Source of the DNA: a virus
Lineage: Duplodnaviria > Caudoviricetes
DNA: 36,015 bases
IMG/VR virus record: IMGVR_UViG_3300033475_000100
Span: 1-36,015 of that record
Direction: 5' to 3' (one strand)
Each line of letters opens with the position of its first letter. Position 1 is the stretch's first letter. The translations under genes and the position numbers were made by a program. The notes beneath the pieces are model-generated. The model made no database searches, was not told where the DNA came from, and worked only from the letters and a program-made list of their open reading frames with translations. Below, piece by piece: positions 1-9,367 of the stretch.

Positions 1-423
1 AAGATCTGGACCTGGCGGAAGCTGTGGAAGCTCGCCCGCAGCGAGCACGCGTTCGTGTTCGCCGGCAATGGCGAGATAGTCGAGGCCGAGCCCGGCGGCG
101 CCCGCATCGCCAACTTGAGCGAGTACGGCGACCGCCCGATCGTGTGGCTGCGCTGCCCCGACGAGCACCGCCAGGCGGTGGCCGACGCCGCGCGCAGCCT
201 CGAAGGCACCCCGTACTCGGCGGCCGACTTTTTCGCGCTCGCCGCGCACCGCTTCCACCTGCCGATCCCCGGCCTGCGGCACTACGTGGAGGCCTCGGGC
301 CACGCCATCTGCAGCCAGCTCGCAGACATGGCCGCGGCCAAGGGCGGCTGGGTGCTGTTCGCCGACGGGCGTTGGGCCGGGTACGTCGATCCGGCAGATC
401 TCGCTCAGCTCGCCGAGGCCTGA
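1..423 (+). CDS. Permuted papain-like (NlpC/P60, YaeF/YiiX-type) amidase/peptidase, 5'-truncated by the window edge
   Basis: Frame 1 is open from base 1 (KIWTWRKLWKLARSEHAFVF...). His motif EHAFVF-x-EA precedes GTPYS and Cys motif ICSQL, the His-before-Cys order of permuted NlpC/P60 proteins. Confidence 0.7.
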   Translation, partial: KIWTWRKLWKLARSEHAFVFAGNGEIVEAEPGGARIANLSEYGDRPIVWLRCPDEHRQAVADAARSLEGTPYSAADFFALAAHRFHLPIPGLRHYVEASGHAICSQLADMAAAKGGWVLFADGRWAGYVDPADLAQLAEA

Positions 424-438
424 CAAGGGGGTGGCGCG

Positions 439-744
439 GTGACGGTCGTCCAGAACATCGTGACCGACCCCGGCGGCAACCCGCTCGCCCTCAAGCCCGT
501 CCGCATCACCCTGATCACTTCGAGCCCGAACACACCCGGCTACGTCACCGGCACGGGCGAGATTACTGGGACCTTCTCGCTCCTGACCGACGCGAACGGC
601 CACTGGTCCGCGACCCTGACCCCGAACGCGTCGATCAACCCGGCGAACACCTACTACGAGGTCGTCGAGGGCCGAGCGGTCTCGCACATCACCGTCCCGG
701 CCACGGGCGGCCCCTACAACGTCGGCGACATCCTCACCACATGA
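439..744 (+). CDS. Small beta-rich protein (TDANGHWSATLTPN motif), possibly virion-associated
   Basis: 101 aa with high-GC3 codon usage and a G-rich RBS. Resembles the N-terminal beta domain of actinophage tail-fibre proteins. Confidence 0.55.
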   Translation: MTVVQNIVTDPGGNPLALKPVRITLITSSPNTPGYVTGTGEITGTFSLLTDANGHWSATLTPNASINPANTYYEVVEGRAVSHITVPATGGPYNVGDILTT

Positions 745-772
745 GCGCGACGGTCCGAGAACGGGGGCACAA

Positions 773-1243
773 GTGATCGACACGACTGGCGTCGTGCACG
801 TCTGTCACCACTGCGGCGACCCGGCCGAGGTGCAGTGGCTGCGGCACGCGACCGACGCGGAGGCCGCCGCGCACTGGGACGCGCTCGAGCGCCGCATCAT
901 CGAATCCGGCAACCCAGCCTACGTCCAGGACCGCACCGGCCCCGTCCACAAGGTTGTGTACGGGTGCGGCGACCACGAACTTCCGATGCCGTGCGATCAC
1001 CCGGAACCCGGGTCCGTGCCGTGCCCGGTGTGCCAGGCCGAGCCGGACGCCTCCTGCACGAAGCGTGACAGCAGCCCGCGCCGCGAGCACCGCGGTCGCG
1101 CCGAAGCCCAGCCCGAGCCGGAGACCTGCCGGCACGCCCATAACCCGGACTGCGGCGGGTACGGCGGCTGCACTTGCGCCGCCACCGATGCCGTCCTGGC
1201 TGACACCGTGCATCAGACGCCAGCCGGCCCCGGCCGGAAGTGA
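773..1243 (+). CDS. Cys/His-rich phage zinc-finger protein
   Basis: Motifs CHHC, GCGDH, CPVCQAEPDASC-x-EHRGR (actinophage zinc-finger type) and CRHAH-x-C-x-CTC. Overlaps the next gene at GTGA. Confidence 0.65.
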   Translation: MIDTTGVVHVCHHCGDPAEVQWLRHATDAEAAAHWDALERRIIESGNPAYVQDRTGPVHKVVYGCGDHELPMPCDHPEPGSVPCPVCQAEPDASCTKRDSSPRREHRGRAEAQPEPETCRHAHNPDCGGYGGCTCAATDAVLADTVHQTPAGPGRK

Positions 1244-2841
1244 GCCGAGTGATGCCAAAGGACGCTGCGCCCGTCGGCGTCATCTACCTCGACACCCGAC
1301 CGGTGCCGCTCGACGAGCTCACTCCGTTTCCCGGCAACGCCAAGCGCGGTGACGTCGAAGCCATCCGCGCCTCGCTCAAGAGGAACGGCCAATACAGGTC
1401 CCTGGTCGTTCGCGAGGTCCCCAACGGCCCGCTCATCGTCCTCGCCGGCAACCACACTCTGCAGGCGCTGGCCGCCGAAGGTCACGACAGCGCCCGCTGC
1501 GAGATCGTACGCTGCGACGACGCCACCGCCAGACGCATCAACCTCGCGGACAACAGGACCGCTGAGCTCGGGGCCTACGACGACGATGCGCTGGCCGCGC
1601 TGCTCAAGGACCTCGACGGCGACTACGACGGCACTGGCTGGAACGAGGAAGACCTCGAGGCCTTAACGGTCATCAACGAAACCGAGCAAGGCCCCGCGCT
1701 TGCCGACGACGAACTACCCATCCCCGAGCCGCCAGCCGACCCCGTAAGCCGCATCGGCGACCTGTGGATCCTCGGCGAACACCGGCTCCTGTGCGGCGAC
1801 AGCACCAACCCAGAAGACGTCCGCCGCGTCGTCGGCGACAACACCGTCTCGCTCATCCACGCCGACCCGCCCTACGGCATGGGCAAAGAAGCCGACGGGG
1901 TACTCAACGACAACCTCTACGGTCCGCGCCTCGACGCGTTCCAAATGAAGTGGTGGAACGCGTGGCTGCCGACGCTCGCCGACAACGCCAGCGCATACGT
2001 GTGGGGCAACGCCCCCGACCTGTGGCGACTGTGGTGGACCGGCGGGCTCGGCACCGATCCGAACCTCCTCGTCCGCAACGAGATCGTATGGGACAAGGGC
2101 AGCGCTATCGGGATGCGCTCCGAAGGCGCCCACTCCTACCCGATCGCCACCGAACGCTGCCTGTTCCTCATGCGCGGCCAGCAGTTCCTCGGTAACCAGA
2201 ACAAGGACGACTACTGGGAAGGCTACGAGCCGCTGCGCGCCTGGCTGTGCGCTGAACGCGACAAACTCGGCTGGACCAGCAAGGACGTCAACCAGCTCAC
2301 GGCAACCCAGATGGCGGGACACTGGTTCAGCAAGTCCCAGTTCGCGCCCATCCCGGAACACCACTACGCGACGCTGCAAGCCGCGGCTGCGGGCCGCGCG
2401 TTCGTCACCTCCTATCGCGACCTATTCGACGACCTGTTCCCCGATGCGCGGGTCGGCGGCAACTCCCATCGGCGGGATCTGTCTGCGCAACTGCGCGAGA
2501 CCCGCAGCTACTTCGACAACACGCACGAGACCATGACCGACGTCTGGCAGTTCCCTCGCGTGATCGGCGAGGAGCGGCATGGGCACGCCACCCCGAAGCC
2601 TGTCGCCATGGTCGAGCGCGCGATGAGGTCCAGCAGCGAGCTGGGCGACATCATCGGCGTGCCCTTCGGCGGCAGCGGCCCCGAGTTCATCGCGGCCACC
2701 CGACTGGGATGCCGCTGCCTCGGCATCGAACTTGAACCGCGCTATGTGGACGTGATCTGCCGCCGGTTCGAAGAGCACACCGGGATCATCCCCGAGCGGG
2801 CCCTCTCCTGCGGCAGCACGGAGCCTGTCTCCTTCATCTGA
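1240..2841 (+). CDS. ParB/Srx-like domain fused to an N6/N4 DNA methyltransferase (beta class) with an HTH-like insertion; alternative ATG start at 1252
   Basis: ParB motifs PGNAKRGD, LAGNHT and NLADNR; HRLLCGDS; motif IV DPPY; HATPKPV; motif I PFGGSG; IELEPRYVDVI. Confidence 0.9.
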   Translation: MSRVMPKDAAPVGVIYLDTRPVPLDELTPFPGNAKRGDVEAIRASLKRNGQYRSLVVREVPNGPLIVLAGNHTLQALAAEGHDSARCEIVRCDDATARRINLADNRTAELGAYDDDALAALLKDLDGDYDGTGWNEEDLEALTVINETEQGPALADDELPIPEPPADPVSRIGDLWILGEHRLLCGDSTNPEDVRRVVGDNTVSLIHADPPYGMGKEADGVLNDNLYGPRLDAFQMKWWNAWLPTLADNASAYVWGNAPDLWRLWWTGGLGTDPNLLVRNEIVWDKGSAIGMRSEGAHSYPIATERCLFLMRGQQFLGNQNKDDYWEGYEPLRAWLCAERDKLGWTSKDVNQLTATQMAGHWFSKSQFAPIPEHHYATLQAAAAGRAFVTSYRDLFDDLFPDARVGGNSHRRDLSAQLRETRSYFDNTHETMTDVWQFPRVIGEERHGHATPKPVAMVERAMRSSSELGDIIGVPFGGSGPEFIAATRLGCRCLGIELEPRYVDVICRRFEEHTGIIPERALSCGSTEPVSFI

Positions 2842-2895
2842 CCCAGGCCACCGTCCCGGACCCGCCGGACTCGAGCGTCATCGAAAGGCAGGGCC

Positions 2896-4158
2896 GTGTC
2901 CGTTCTCGGCAGCGCAGGCATGGCCTATCTCGTGACGCGCAGCGTGCCGCTCGACGAGCTCACGCTGTTCCCCGGTAACGCCAAGCGCGGCGACGTCGAG
3001 GCGATCAGGGCATCGCTGCGCAAGAACGGCCAGTACCGGTCGCTCGTGGTGAGAGCCGTCCCGAACGGACCACTGGTCGTGCTGGCGGGCAACCACACCA
3101 TGCTCGCGCTCAAAGCCGAGAACCGTAGCGAGGCGCGTTGCGAGATCATCGAATGCGACGACGCGACCGCCCGCCGGATCAACCTTGCGGACAACCGTAC
3201 CGCCGAACTCGGTGGATACGAAGAAGACGCGCTAGCCGCGCTCCTGAAAGAGCTCGACGGCGACTACGAAGGTACAGGGTGGGCGGAAGAGGACCTGGGC
3301 GACCTCTTCGGCTCAGTCGAGGAACTCCCGCCCGCGCTTGACGAACCTGACGAGGTGCCAGGCGCGCCGATCCAAGCCATTAGCGAGCCGGGCGACGTGT
3401 GGTGCCTTGGCTCACACCGTGTTCTGTGCGGCGACTCCACGGACGTCGCAGCCGTCGAGGCAATGCTCGACGGCGACCGATGCGACTGCATGTGGACCGA
3501 CCCGCCCTATGGCATCGAATACGTCGGCAAAACTGCGGACGCACTCACAATTCAGAACGACGGCGCTGAAGGACTCCCCGAACTCCTTGCCGGCGCCTTC
3601 GCCGTTGCTACTGCGGCACTCAACCCGGGTGCCCCCGTCTACATCGCGAGCCCGCCCGGGCCGCTTCACTTCGAGTTCGCAAAGGCCTTCAACCAGGCTG
3701 GCTGGCTGCTTCGGCAAAACCTCGTGTGGGTCAAAGACGTGCTCGTCCTCGGCCGCTCCGAATATCACTACCGGCACGAGCCCATCCTCTACGGCTTCAC
3801 CGCCCACGGCGACGGACGACTCGGTCGCGGCGGCGAACGCTGGTACGGCGACAACGCCGCAACAACCGTCTTCGAGATCCCCAAGCCAGCCCGCAGCATC
3901 GACCACCCCACGATGAAGCCTGTCGAACTCATCACCCGGTGTCTCGGCAACTCCTGCCCGACCGGCGGTCTCGTTTACGAACCCTTCGGCGGCTCCGGCA
4001 GCACGCTCATCGCGGCGCACACCACCGGCCGCGTCGCACGCGTCGTCGAGCTCGATCCGCGGTACGTGGACGTTATCTGTCGCCGCTATCAGGAGGCCAC
4101 TGGCACACTGCCGATCCTCGCTTCGACCGGCCAGCCGCACGACTTCACCGCCCTCTGA
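2896..4158 (+). CDS. Second ParB-like domain + DNA methyltransferase (beta class)
   Basis: GAAAGG RBS before GTG. Same ParB motifs as the first copy, plus TDPPY, YHYRHEPILYG, HPTMKPVEL and EPFGGSGSTLIAA. Confidence 0.92.
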   Translation: MSVLGSAGMAYLVTRSVPLDELTLFPGNAKRGDVEAIRASLRKNGQYRSLVVRAVPNGPLVVLAGNHTMLALKAENRSEARCEIIECDDATARRINLADNRTAELGGYEEDALAALLKELDGDYEGTGWAEEDLGDLFGSVEELPPALDEPDEVPGAPIQAISEPGDVWCLGSHRVLCGDSTDVAAVEAMLDGDRCDCMWTDPPYGIEYVGKTADALTIQNDGAEGLPELLAGAFAVATAALNPGAPVYIASPPGPLHFEFAKAFNQAGWLLRQNLVWVKDVLVLGRSEYHYRHEPILYGFTAHGDGRLGRGGERWYGDNAATTVFEIPKPARSIDHPTMKPVELITRCLGNSCPTGGLVYEPFGGSGSTLIAAHTTGRVARVVELDPRYVDVICRRYQEATGTLPILASTGQPHDFTAL

Positions 4159-4214
4159 CAGTTCGACCGTACGCCGTACACATGAGAAGCCACACAGCGC
4201 CCAGGGGGTGAGCA

Positions 4215-4727
4215 ATGCCCCGACGACGCTCAGCCGAGACCATGGAGAAGGACGCCAAGGCCTACGACCTGTACCGACGTGGACTGTCCTTCCGGCAGAT
4301 CGGTGCCGAACTCGGCTACGCCTCCGCCTCCTCCGCCCGCGACGCCGTCCACCGCGCCGCGAAGGAGAACGCGGTCGACCCGCTCGAAGCCGCCGCAGGC
4401 CGGCAGGCCGCGCTCGACCGGCTCCAGGACTACCGGCGCTCGATGCAGCGGATCCTCTCCGCACGCCACTACCAGGCCACCCAGGGCGGCAAGCTCGTCC
4501 TCGGCCCGGACGGGCAGCCGATGACCGATGTCGGCCCGTGGGTGGCCGCGATGGGACAGCTGCGGTGGATCGAGCAGGAAGACAACCGGCTGCGCGACCT
4601 CTACCCGGCGACCAAGTCCCGCGTCGAGGTCATCACCGAGGACGCGGTCGACGCCGAGCTCGCCAGGCTCGTCCAGGAAATCGGGGACCGTGAAGCCGCC
4701 GCAGCTTCTGATCCAGGCCCCGCCTGA
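4215..4727 (+). CDS. terS: Terminase small subunit (HTH)
   Basis: N-terminal HTH (YDLYRRGLSFRQIGAELGYASASSARDAV) followed by helical segments. Lies directly before, and overlaps, TerL. Confidence 0.75.
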   Translation: MPRRRSAETMEKDAKAYDLYRRGLSFRQIGAELGYASASSARDAVHRAAKENAVDPLEAAAGRQAALDRLQDYRRSMQRILSARHYQATQGGKLVLGPDGQPMTDVGPWVAAMGQLRWIEQEDNRLRDLYPATKSRVEVITEDAVDAELARLVQEIGDREAAAASDPGPA

Positions 4728-6210
4728 GAAGATCCTGCTCCTCGCGCAGTTGCGGGCGCGCCGTAAGGAACTCGAGGAGCAGGCGACCAGGGAGCGCAAC
4801 GCCCGGCTCGCGCGGGACCGGGAAGGCAGATTCGCCACACCCGGCGCGCTCGCGACCCATATCGACCCGCGCCGCGTCACCACCCCGATGCTCGACCTGC
4901 TCGACGCTGAGCTCCTCGACATCCACGCCGGGCACACCCGCCGCCTGGGCTGGTCGTGCGCGCCGCAGGAGGGCAAGAGCCAGGCGATCAGCCGGGCATT
5001 CCCGCTCTGGACGCTGCTGAAGAACCCGAACACGCGCATCGGGATCGCCTCGTATGAGGCGACGATCGCGCGCCGCTGGGGCCGGCAGATCCGCAACGAC
5101 ATCTTCAGCCACCCCGAACTCGGACTCACGGTACGCCCGGACACCTCGGCCGCACACGAGTGGCAGCTCGAAGGCTACGACGGCGGCGTGATCACCGTCG
5201 GTGTCGGCGGCGCGCTCACCGGCCGTCCACTCGACCTGCTGATCGTGGACGACCCGATCAAGGGCCGTGCCGAGGCTGACTCGCAGACCTACCGGGACCA
5301 GGCCCGCGACTGGTGGCAGGAGACCGCCGTCACCCGGCTCGCACCGGGCGCGCCCGCGATCGTGCTGATGACCCGCTGGCACGAGGACGACCTGCTCGGC
5401 TGGCTGGTCGCGAGCGATCCAGACGCCTGGCGGTACATCAACATCCCGACCGAGGCCGAGGCGGGCGACGTGCTCGGCCGCGCCCCCGGCGACTGGCTCG
5501 TCTCGGCCCGCGGCCGCACCCCGGAGCAGTGGGAGGAGATCCGCCGTCAGGTCGGGGCGCGCGGCTGGGCGGCGCTGTATCAGGGTCGGCCCAGCCCGGC
5601 CGAGGGCACGCTGTTCAAACGCGGGCACTGGCGCTACTTCCCGGCCGCGCTCATCCACACCGCCGCGGACGGCACCTGCCGCGCCGACTCGATGGATGAA
5701 CTCGTCCAGTCCTGGGACATGGCGTTCAAGGACACCAAGGGCAGCGACTACGTGGTCGGGCAGGTGTGGGGCCGGCGCGGCGCCGAGGTGTTCCTGCTCG
5801 ACCAGGTACGCGACCGGCTGGACTTTCCCGCGACGTGCCGGGCGGTGGAGGCGCTGACCGCGAAGTGGCCGCAGGCCGCCGGGAAATTCGTTGAGGACAA
5901 GGCCAACGGGCCCGCCGTCATCTCCCAGCTACGCGCCCGCGTACCGGGCCTGATCCCGATCACGCCGAAGGACTCGAAGTACGCGCGCGCCTCCGCGGTC
6001 GCGCCGTTCGTCGAAGCCGGGAACGTGCACCTGCCGGACGCCACCACGGCGCCGTGGGTGGGCGCGCTCATCGAGGAGGCCGCTGGCTTCCCGAACGCGA
6101 GCAACGACGACCAGGTCGACGCGCTCTCCCAGGCCCTATCGCGAATGCTCGGCGACCAGGGTTCGGCGAACGCCGCCATGGACTGGCTGCGCGGCTACGC
6201 GCCCGCCTAG
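4690..6210 (+). CDS. terL: Terminase large subunit
   Basis: Walker A APQEGKS, Walker B LLIVDDP, coupling motif MTRWHEDD, and nuclease motifs QSWDMA, VEDKANG and DDQVDALSQ. GTG 4690 preferred over the ORF-track start at 4528. Confidence 0.93.
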   Translation: MKPPQLLIQAPPEKILLLAQLRARRKELEEQATRERNARLARDREGRFATPGALATHIDPRRVTTPMLDLLDAELLDIHAGHTRRLGWSCAPQEGKSQAISRAFPLWTLLKNPNTRIGIASYEATIARRWGRQIRNDIFSHPELGLTVRPDTSAAHEWQLEGYDGGVITVGVGGALTGRPLDLLIVDDPIKGRAEADSQTYRDQARDWWQETAVTRLAPGAPAIVLMTRWHEDDLLGWLVASDPDAWRYINIPTEAEAGDVLGRAPGDWLVSARGRTPEQWEEIRRQVGARGWAALYQGRPSPAEGTLFKRGHWRYFPAALIHTAADGTCRADSMDELVQSWDMAFKDTKGSDYVVGQVWGRRGAEVFLLDQVRDRLDFPATCRAVEALTAKWPQAAGKFVEDKANGPAVISQLRARVPGLIPITPKDSKYARASAVAPFVEAGNVHLPDATTAPWVGALIEEAAGFPNASNDDQVDALSQALSRMLGDQGSANAAMDWLRGYAPA

Positions 6211-6225
6211 AAACGGAGTGACCGG

Positions 6226-6429
6226 ATGCTGATGCCGCGCAGGCTCGCAGGCTCCTTCGGGGCCGCGGACGGACTGTTCCGGGTGCTGGTGTGCCGGGCG
6301 CAGAAGCCGGGCTGCTGCGGCGCCACGTGGACGGCGAACGACTCGCACGCCCTGGCGCTGCTGTGGGAGAAGCGGAAGGTGCACGAGGCGCTGTGCACGG
6401 CGGGCACGTTCGAGACCGTTCCCGCCTAA
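6226..6429 (+). CDS. Small hypothetical protein
   Basis: GGAG RBS, high-GC3 codons, fills the TerL-portal gap; C-x5-CC and H-x3-C residues. Confidence 0.5.
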   Translation: MLMPRRLAGSFGAADGLFRVLVCRAQKPGCCGATWTANDSHALALLWEKRKVHEALCTAGTFETVPA

Positions 6430-6497
6430 CCCGGCATCCGCTCGCCCCGCTCCCCCGACCGCGCAGCACCTGACGCAGCAAGGGGGTCGAGCCGTCG

Positions 6498-9305
6498 GTG
6501 TCCTCGCGCCGCAACCGAAACCGCAACCGGAACAGCAATCCGAACGCCTACCAGGTGCGCCGTTCCACCGAAGCGGAGATGACGAAGGCGGCCGTGCCCG
6601 GAGTCGGGCCAGGCGCGCAGGTCTACACCGCGCAGCAGGTCGCCGCGCTCCTCGCCGCAGGCGTCATGCCCACCACCTCCGGCGGATTCGCACCGCTGCC
6701 GCGCACCGACCCGCAGGTGGCGTTCGGGCCGGGCCTGCCGCTGATCCCCGCCGCGCTCGACCCGGTCCGCCGCGACTCCGGCCGACCTGAGCCGCGGTTC
6801 AACGAGTACCCCGTCTCGAGCAACCTGCCGGGCATCACCGACCGGCTGGTGCCGGGGAAGGTGCTGCGGGATGCCGCTGCGGCCGGCGGCATCCCGCGCC
6901 GCTGCATTCAGATCCGCAAGGACGAGATCAGCACCCTCGAGTGGGCGATCACGATCACGAAGGACGCGGTCGCGAAGGCGCAGGCCGAAAGCCCGCACAT
7001 GTCGCGCAGCGACGTCGAATACGACCTGCGCAAGCGGCTCGGCCCGCAGATCGCCCGGTGCACCGCGTTCTGGGAGCGACCTGACCCTGGGCAGGACGAG
7101 GACTGGACCGACTGGATCGGCAAGCTCCTCGAAGAGCACCTCGTGCTCGACGCGGTCGCGATCTACCCGCGCAAGACCTACGGCGGCGACCTGTACGCCA
7201 TGGAGATCCTCGACGCGTCGACCATCAAGGTGCTGCGGGACTATCGGGGCGGCAAGCCGCTGCCGCCGAACCCCGCCTACCAGCAGCTCCTGTGGGGCTT
7301 CCCTCGCGGCGAGTACGTCGCCGACGTGGACGACGAAGGCCGGATCCTCAACGCCTACGCCCCTGACACGCTGATCTACAAGCGGCGCAATGTGCGCACC
7401 GAAACGCTCTACGGCTACTCGGCCGTGGAGCAGTGCCTCGAAGACCTGGACGTGTGGCTGCGCCGGCGCTCGTGGATCCGCGCCGAGTACACCGACGGCG
7501 CGGTACCCAACGCCGTGCTGCGCAACACCGCAGTCAACAGTTGGACGCCACAGCAGGTCCTCGAGTACGAGACCGCTCTGAACGACGCCTGGTCCGGCCA
7601 GACCTTGGAGAGGCACCGGCTCAGGGTTCTGCCGCCCGGTTTCGAGCTCGAGAACATGCCGGACGTCGCCGAACGCTACCGGCCGGAATACGACCTGTTC
7701 CTCCTCAAGCAGTTGGCGGCGCACTTCGCGACCACGATCGCGGAACTCAACTTCACCGAGACCGGCGGGATCGGCTCTAGCGGCTACCACGAGGGCCAGG
7801 CGGACATCAAGGACCGCAACGCCACGATGCCGACCTACCGGTGGATCCAGTCGCTGGTCACCGGGATCTCACGCCGGCACCTGGCGATGCCGGCGGAACT
7901 CGAGTTCCGGATCCTCGGGCTCGAGGACGAGGACGAGGCAGCGGCCGACGCCGTCGCGCAGGAGCGTGTCGCCGGCGGCCGCATGACCTTGAATGAAGAC
8001 AGGGACAGGCTCGGGCAGCCGCGGTACGCGTTCCCCGAGGCGGACATGCCGATGCTGATGACGCAGCGCGGCCTGGTGTTCATCGAGGGCGCGGCCACCA
8101 CCTCGCCGCCCGGTGTCCTGATCGAGCCGGCTCAGGCGCCGAAGGGCGGTGACGGCGCGGGAACAGCCTCCGATGGGGAGGACTCCGGCCAGGATTCCGA
8201 GAACGAGAACGAAACCGAGGACGCCGACGAGGCCGAGGGCGCCGAGGCGACGAAAGCGCTCGAGCCCGCGCGTAGCAGCACTGTGCGCGCGGAGTTGGCC
8301 ACGTTCGAACGCTGGGCCAGGCGCAACCCGCAGCCGCGCCGGCCGTTCCAGTTCACCACGGTCACCAAGGCCGACGCCCCGCACCTGGCCGCCGACGCGC
8401 GTGCACTGTTCGCCGCCGGCCCGGAGGCGCCCCCAAAAGACGCGGCGCCGCGCCCCTGGCCCGGGCGTGAGCGCGCCGAGACCACCGCGCAGCACTGGGG
8501 CCGCCACGCCGCCGAAACCGTCCGCGACGCGATCGACACCGACGCCCTTGCTCACGCCTGGGCGCGCGCCGGAGTCGAACAGACCGCGGCCGGGGACGCC
8601 GCCGCGTCCGTGACGGTCACCTGGTATACCGCCAAGGCCGACCGGCACAAGCAGGAGCAGGACGAGATCCGCGACGCGTGGCTGCTCACCCTGACCCTCG
8701 ACTGGCTACGCCGGCAGGATCCGGGCCTGCGCGGCGCCATCGCCGCCCTGCTGCGGCGCATCTGGAGTGAGGGTTATTCGCTCGGCATCCACGCCGCGAA
8801 GGCCGCGATCGCCGGGCACGACCCGAAGTGGACGTGGCAGCCGGGCGACGCCACCGGGGCGCGACGGTCGATGAACACGACCGAGCGGGCCGCGACGGAC
8901 GCGTGGATCGACGCGAGCACCCCGTGGGTGGACTCGATTACCGCGCACCGGCTCCAGGTGATCGCGGAAGTCCTGGTCGACGGCCAGGGGCTCACCGCAC
9001 CCCAGTTGGCGGCCGCGCTCAAGCGCGCGCTCGGCGACCCGACGTGGGCCAACACCCTCGCCGCGACCGAGGTGATCCGCGCCGCGATGGCCGCGGCCAA
9101 CGCCGCCTACCTCGAGGCCGCGGTCCCCGCGGTCGAGTGGGTGACTACGAGCGCGAACCCGTGCCCGGCCTGCCAGGCGAACGCGGACGCCGGCCCGCTG
9201 CCGACCGGGTCGGTCTTCCCGTCCGGGGACGTCGGCGCACCGATTCACCCGAACTGCTCGTGCGAACTGTGGCCCACGCTCACGTCGCGAGCCGCCGCAC
9301 GCTGA
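6498..9305 (+). CDS. Portal protein fused to a MuF/SPP1-gp7-like minor head protein
   Basis: Portal-type features (GYSAVEQ, MTLNEDRDRLG), an acidic linker, then the MuF-type C-terminus EWVT-x4-CPAC-x-FPSG-x-PIHPNCSC. One uninterrupted 935-aa ORF. Confidence 0.85.
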   Translation: MSSRRNRNRNRNSNPNAYQVRRSTEAEMTKAAVPGVGPGAQVYTAQQVAALLAAGVMPTTSGGFAPLPRTDPQVAFGPGLPLIPAALDPVRRDSGRPEPRFNEYPVSSNLPGITDRLVPGKVLRDAAAAGGIPRRCIQIRKDEISTLEWAITITKDAVAKAQAESPHMSRSDVEYDLRKRLGPQIARCTAFWERPDPGQDEDWTDWIGKLLEEHLVLDAVAIYPRKTYGGDLYAMEILDASTIKVLRDYRGGKPLPPNPAYQQLLWGFPRGEYVADVDDEGRILNAYAPDTLIYKRRNVRTETLYGYSAVEQCLEDLDVWLRRRSWIRAEYTDGAVPNAVLRNTAVNSWTPQQVLEYETALNDAWSGQTLERHRLRVLPPGFELENMPDVAERYRPEYDLFLLKQLAAHFATTIAELNFTETGGIGSSGYHEGQADIKDRNATMPTYRWIQSLVTGISRRHLAMPAELEFRILGLEDEDEAAADAVAQERVAGGRMTLNEDRDRLGQPRYAFPEADMPMLMTQRGLVFIEGAATTSPPGVLIEPAQAPKGGDGAGTASDGEDSGQDSENENETEDADEAEGAEATKALEPARSSTVRAELATFERWARRNPQPRRPFQFTTVTKADAPHLAADARALFAAGPEAPPKDAAPRPWPGRERAETTAQHWGRHAAETVRDAIDTDALAHAWARAGVEQTAAGDAAASVTVTWYTAKADRHKQEQDEIRDAWLLTLTLDWLRRQDPGLRGAIAALLRRIWSEGYSLGIHAAKAAIAGHDPKWTWQPGDATGARRSMNTTERAATDAWIDASTPWVDSITAHRLQVIAEVLVDGQGLTAPQLAAALKRALGDPTWANTLAATEVIRAAMAAANAAYLEAAVPAVEWVTTSANPCPACQANADAGPLPTGSVFPSGDVGAPIHPNCSCELWPTLTSRAAAR

Positions 9306-9367
9306 CCGGCGCGCGCCGCCGAGACACGCACCGGCCCGACCCCCTGTCCTGAAGAGGAGTTGACGAC

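Noticed and set aside
1240-4158. Restriction-modification or plasmid partition (ParABS) system
   Set aside because: No endonuclease, ParA or parS-like array is adjacent, and the ParB-like domains are fused to MTases.
4528-4689. ORF-track N-terminal extension of TerL
   Set aside because: It overlaps terS by about 200 nt and reads as R/S/P-rich off-frame sequence. GTG 4690 is more plausible.
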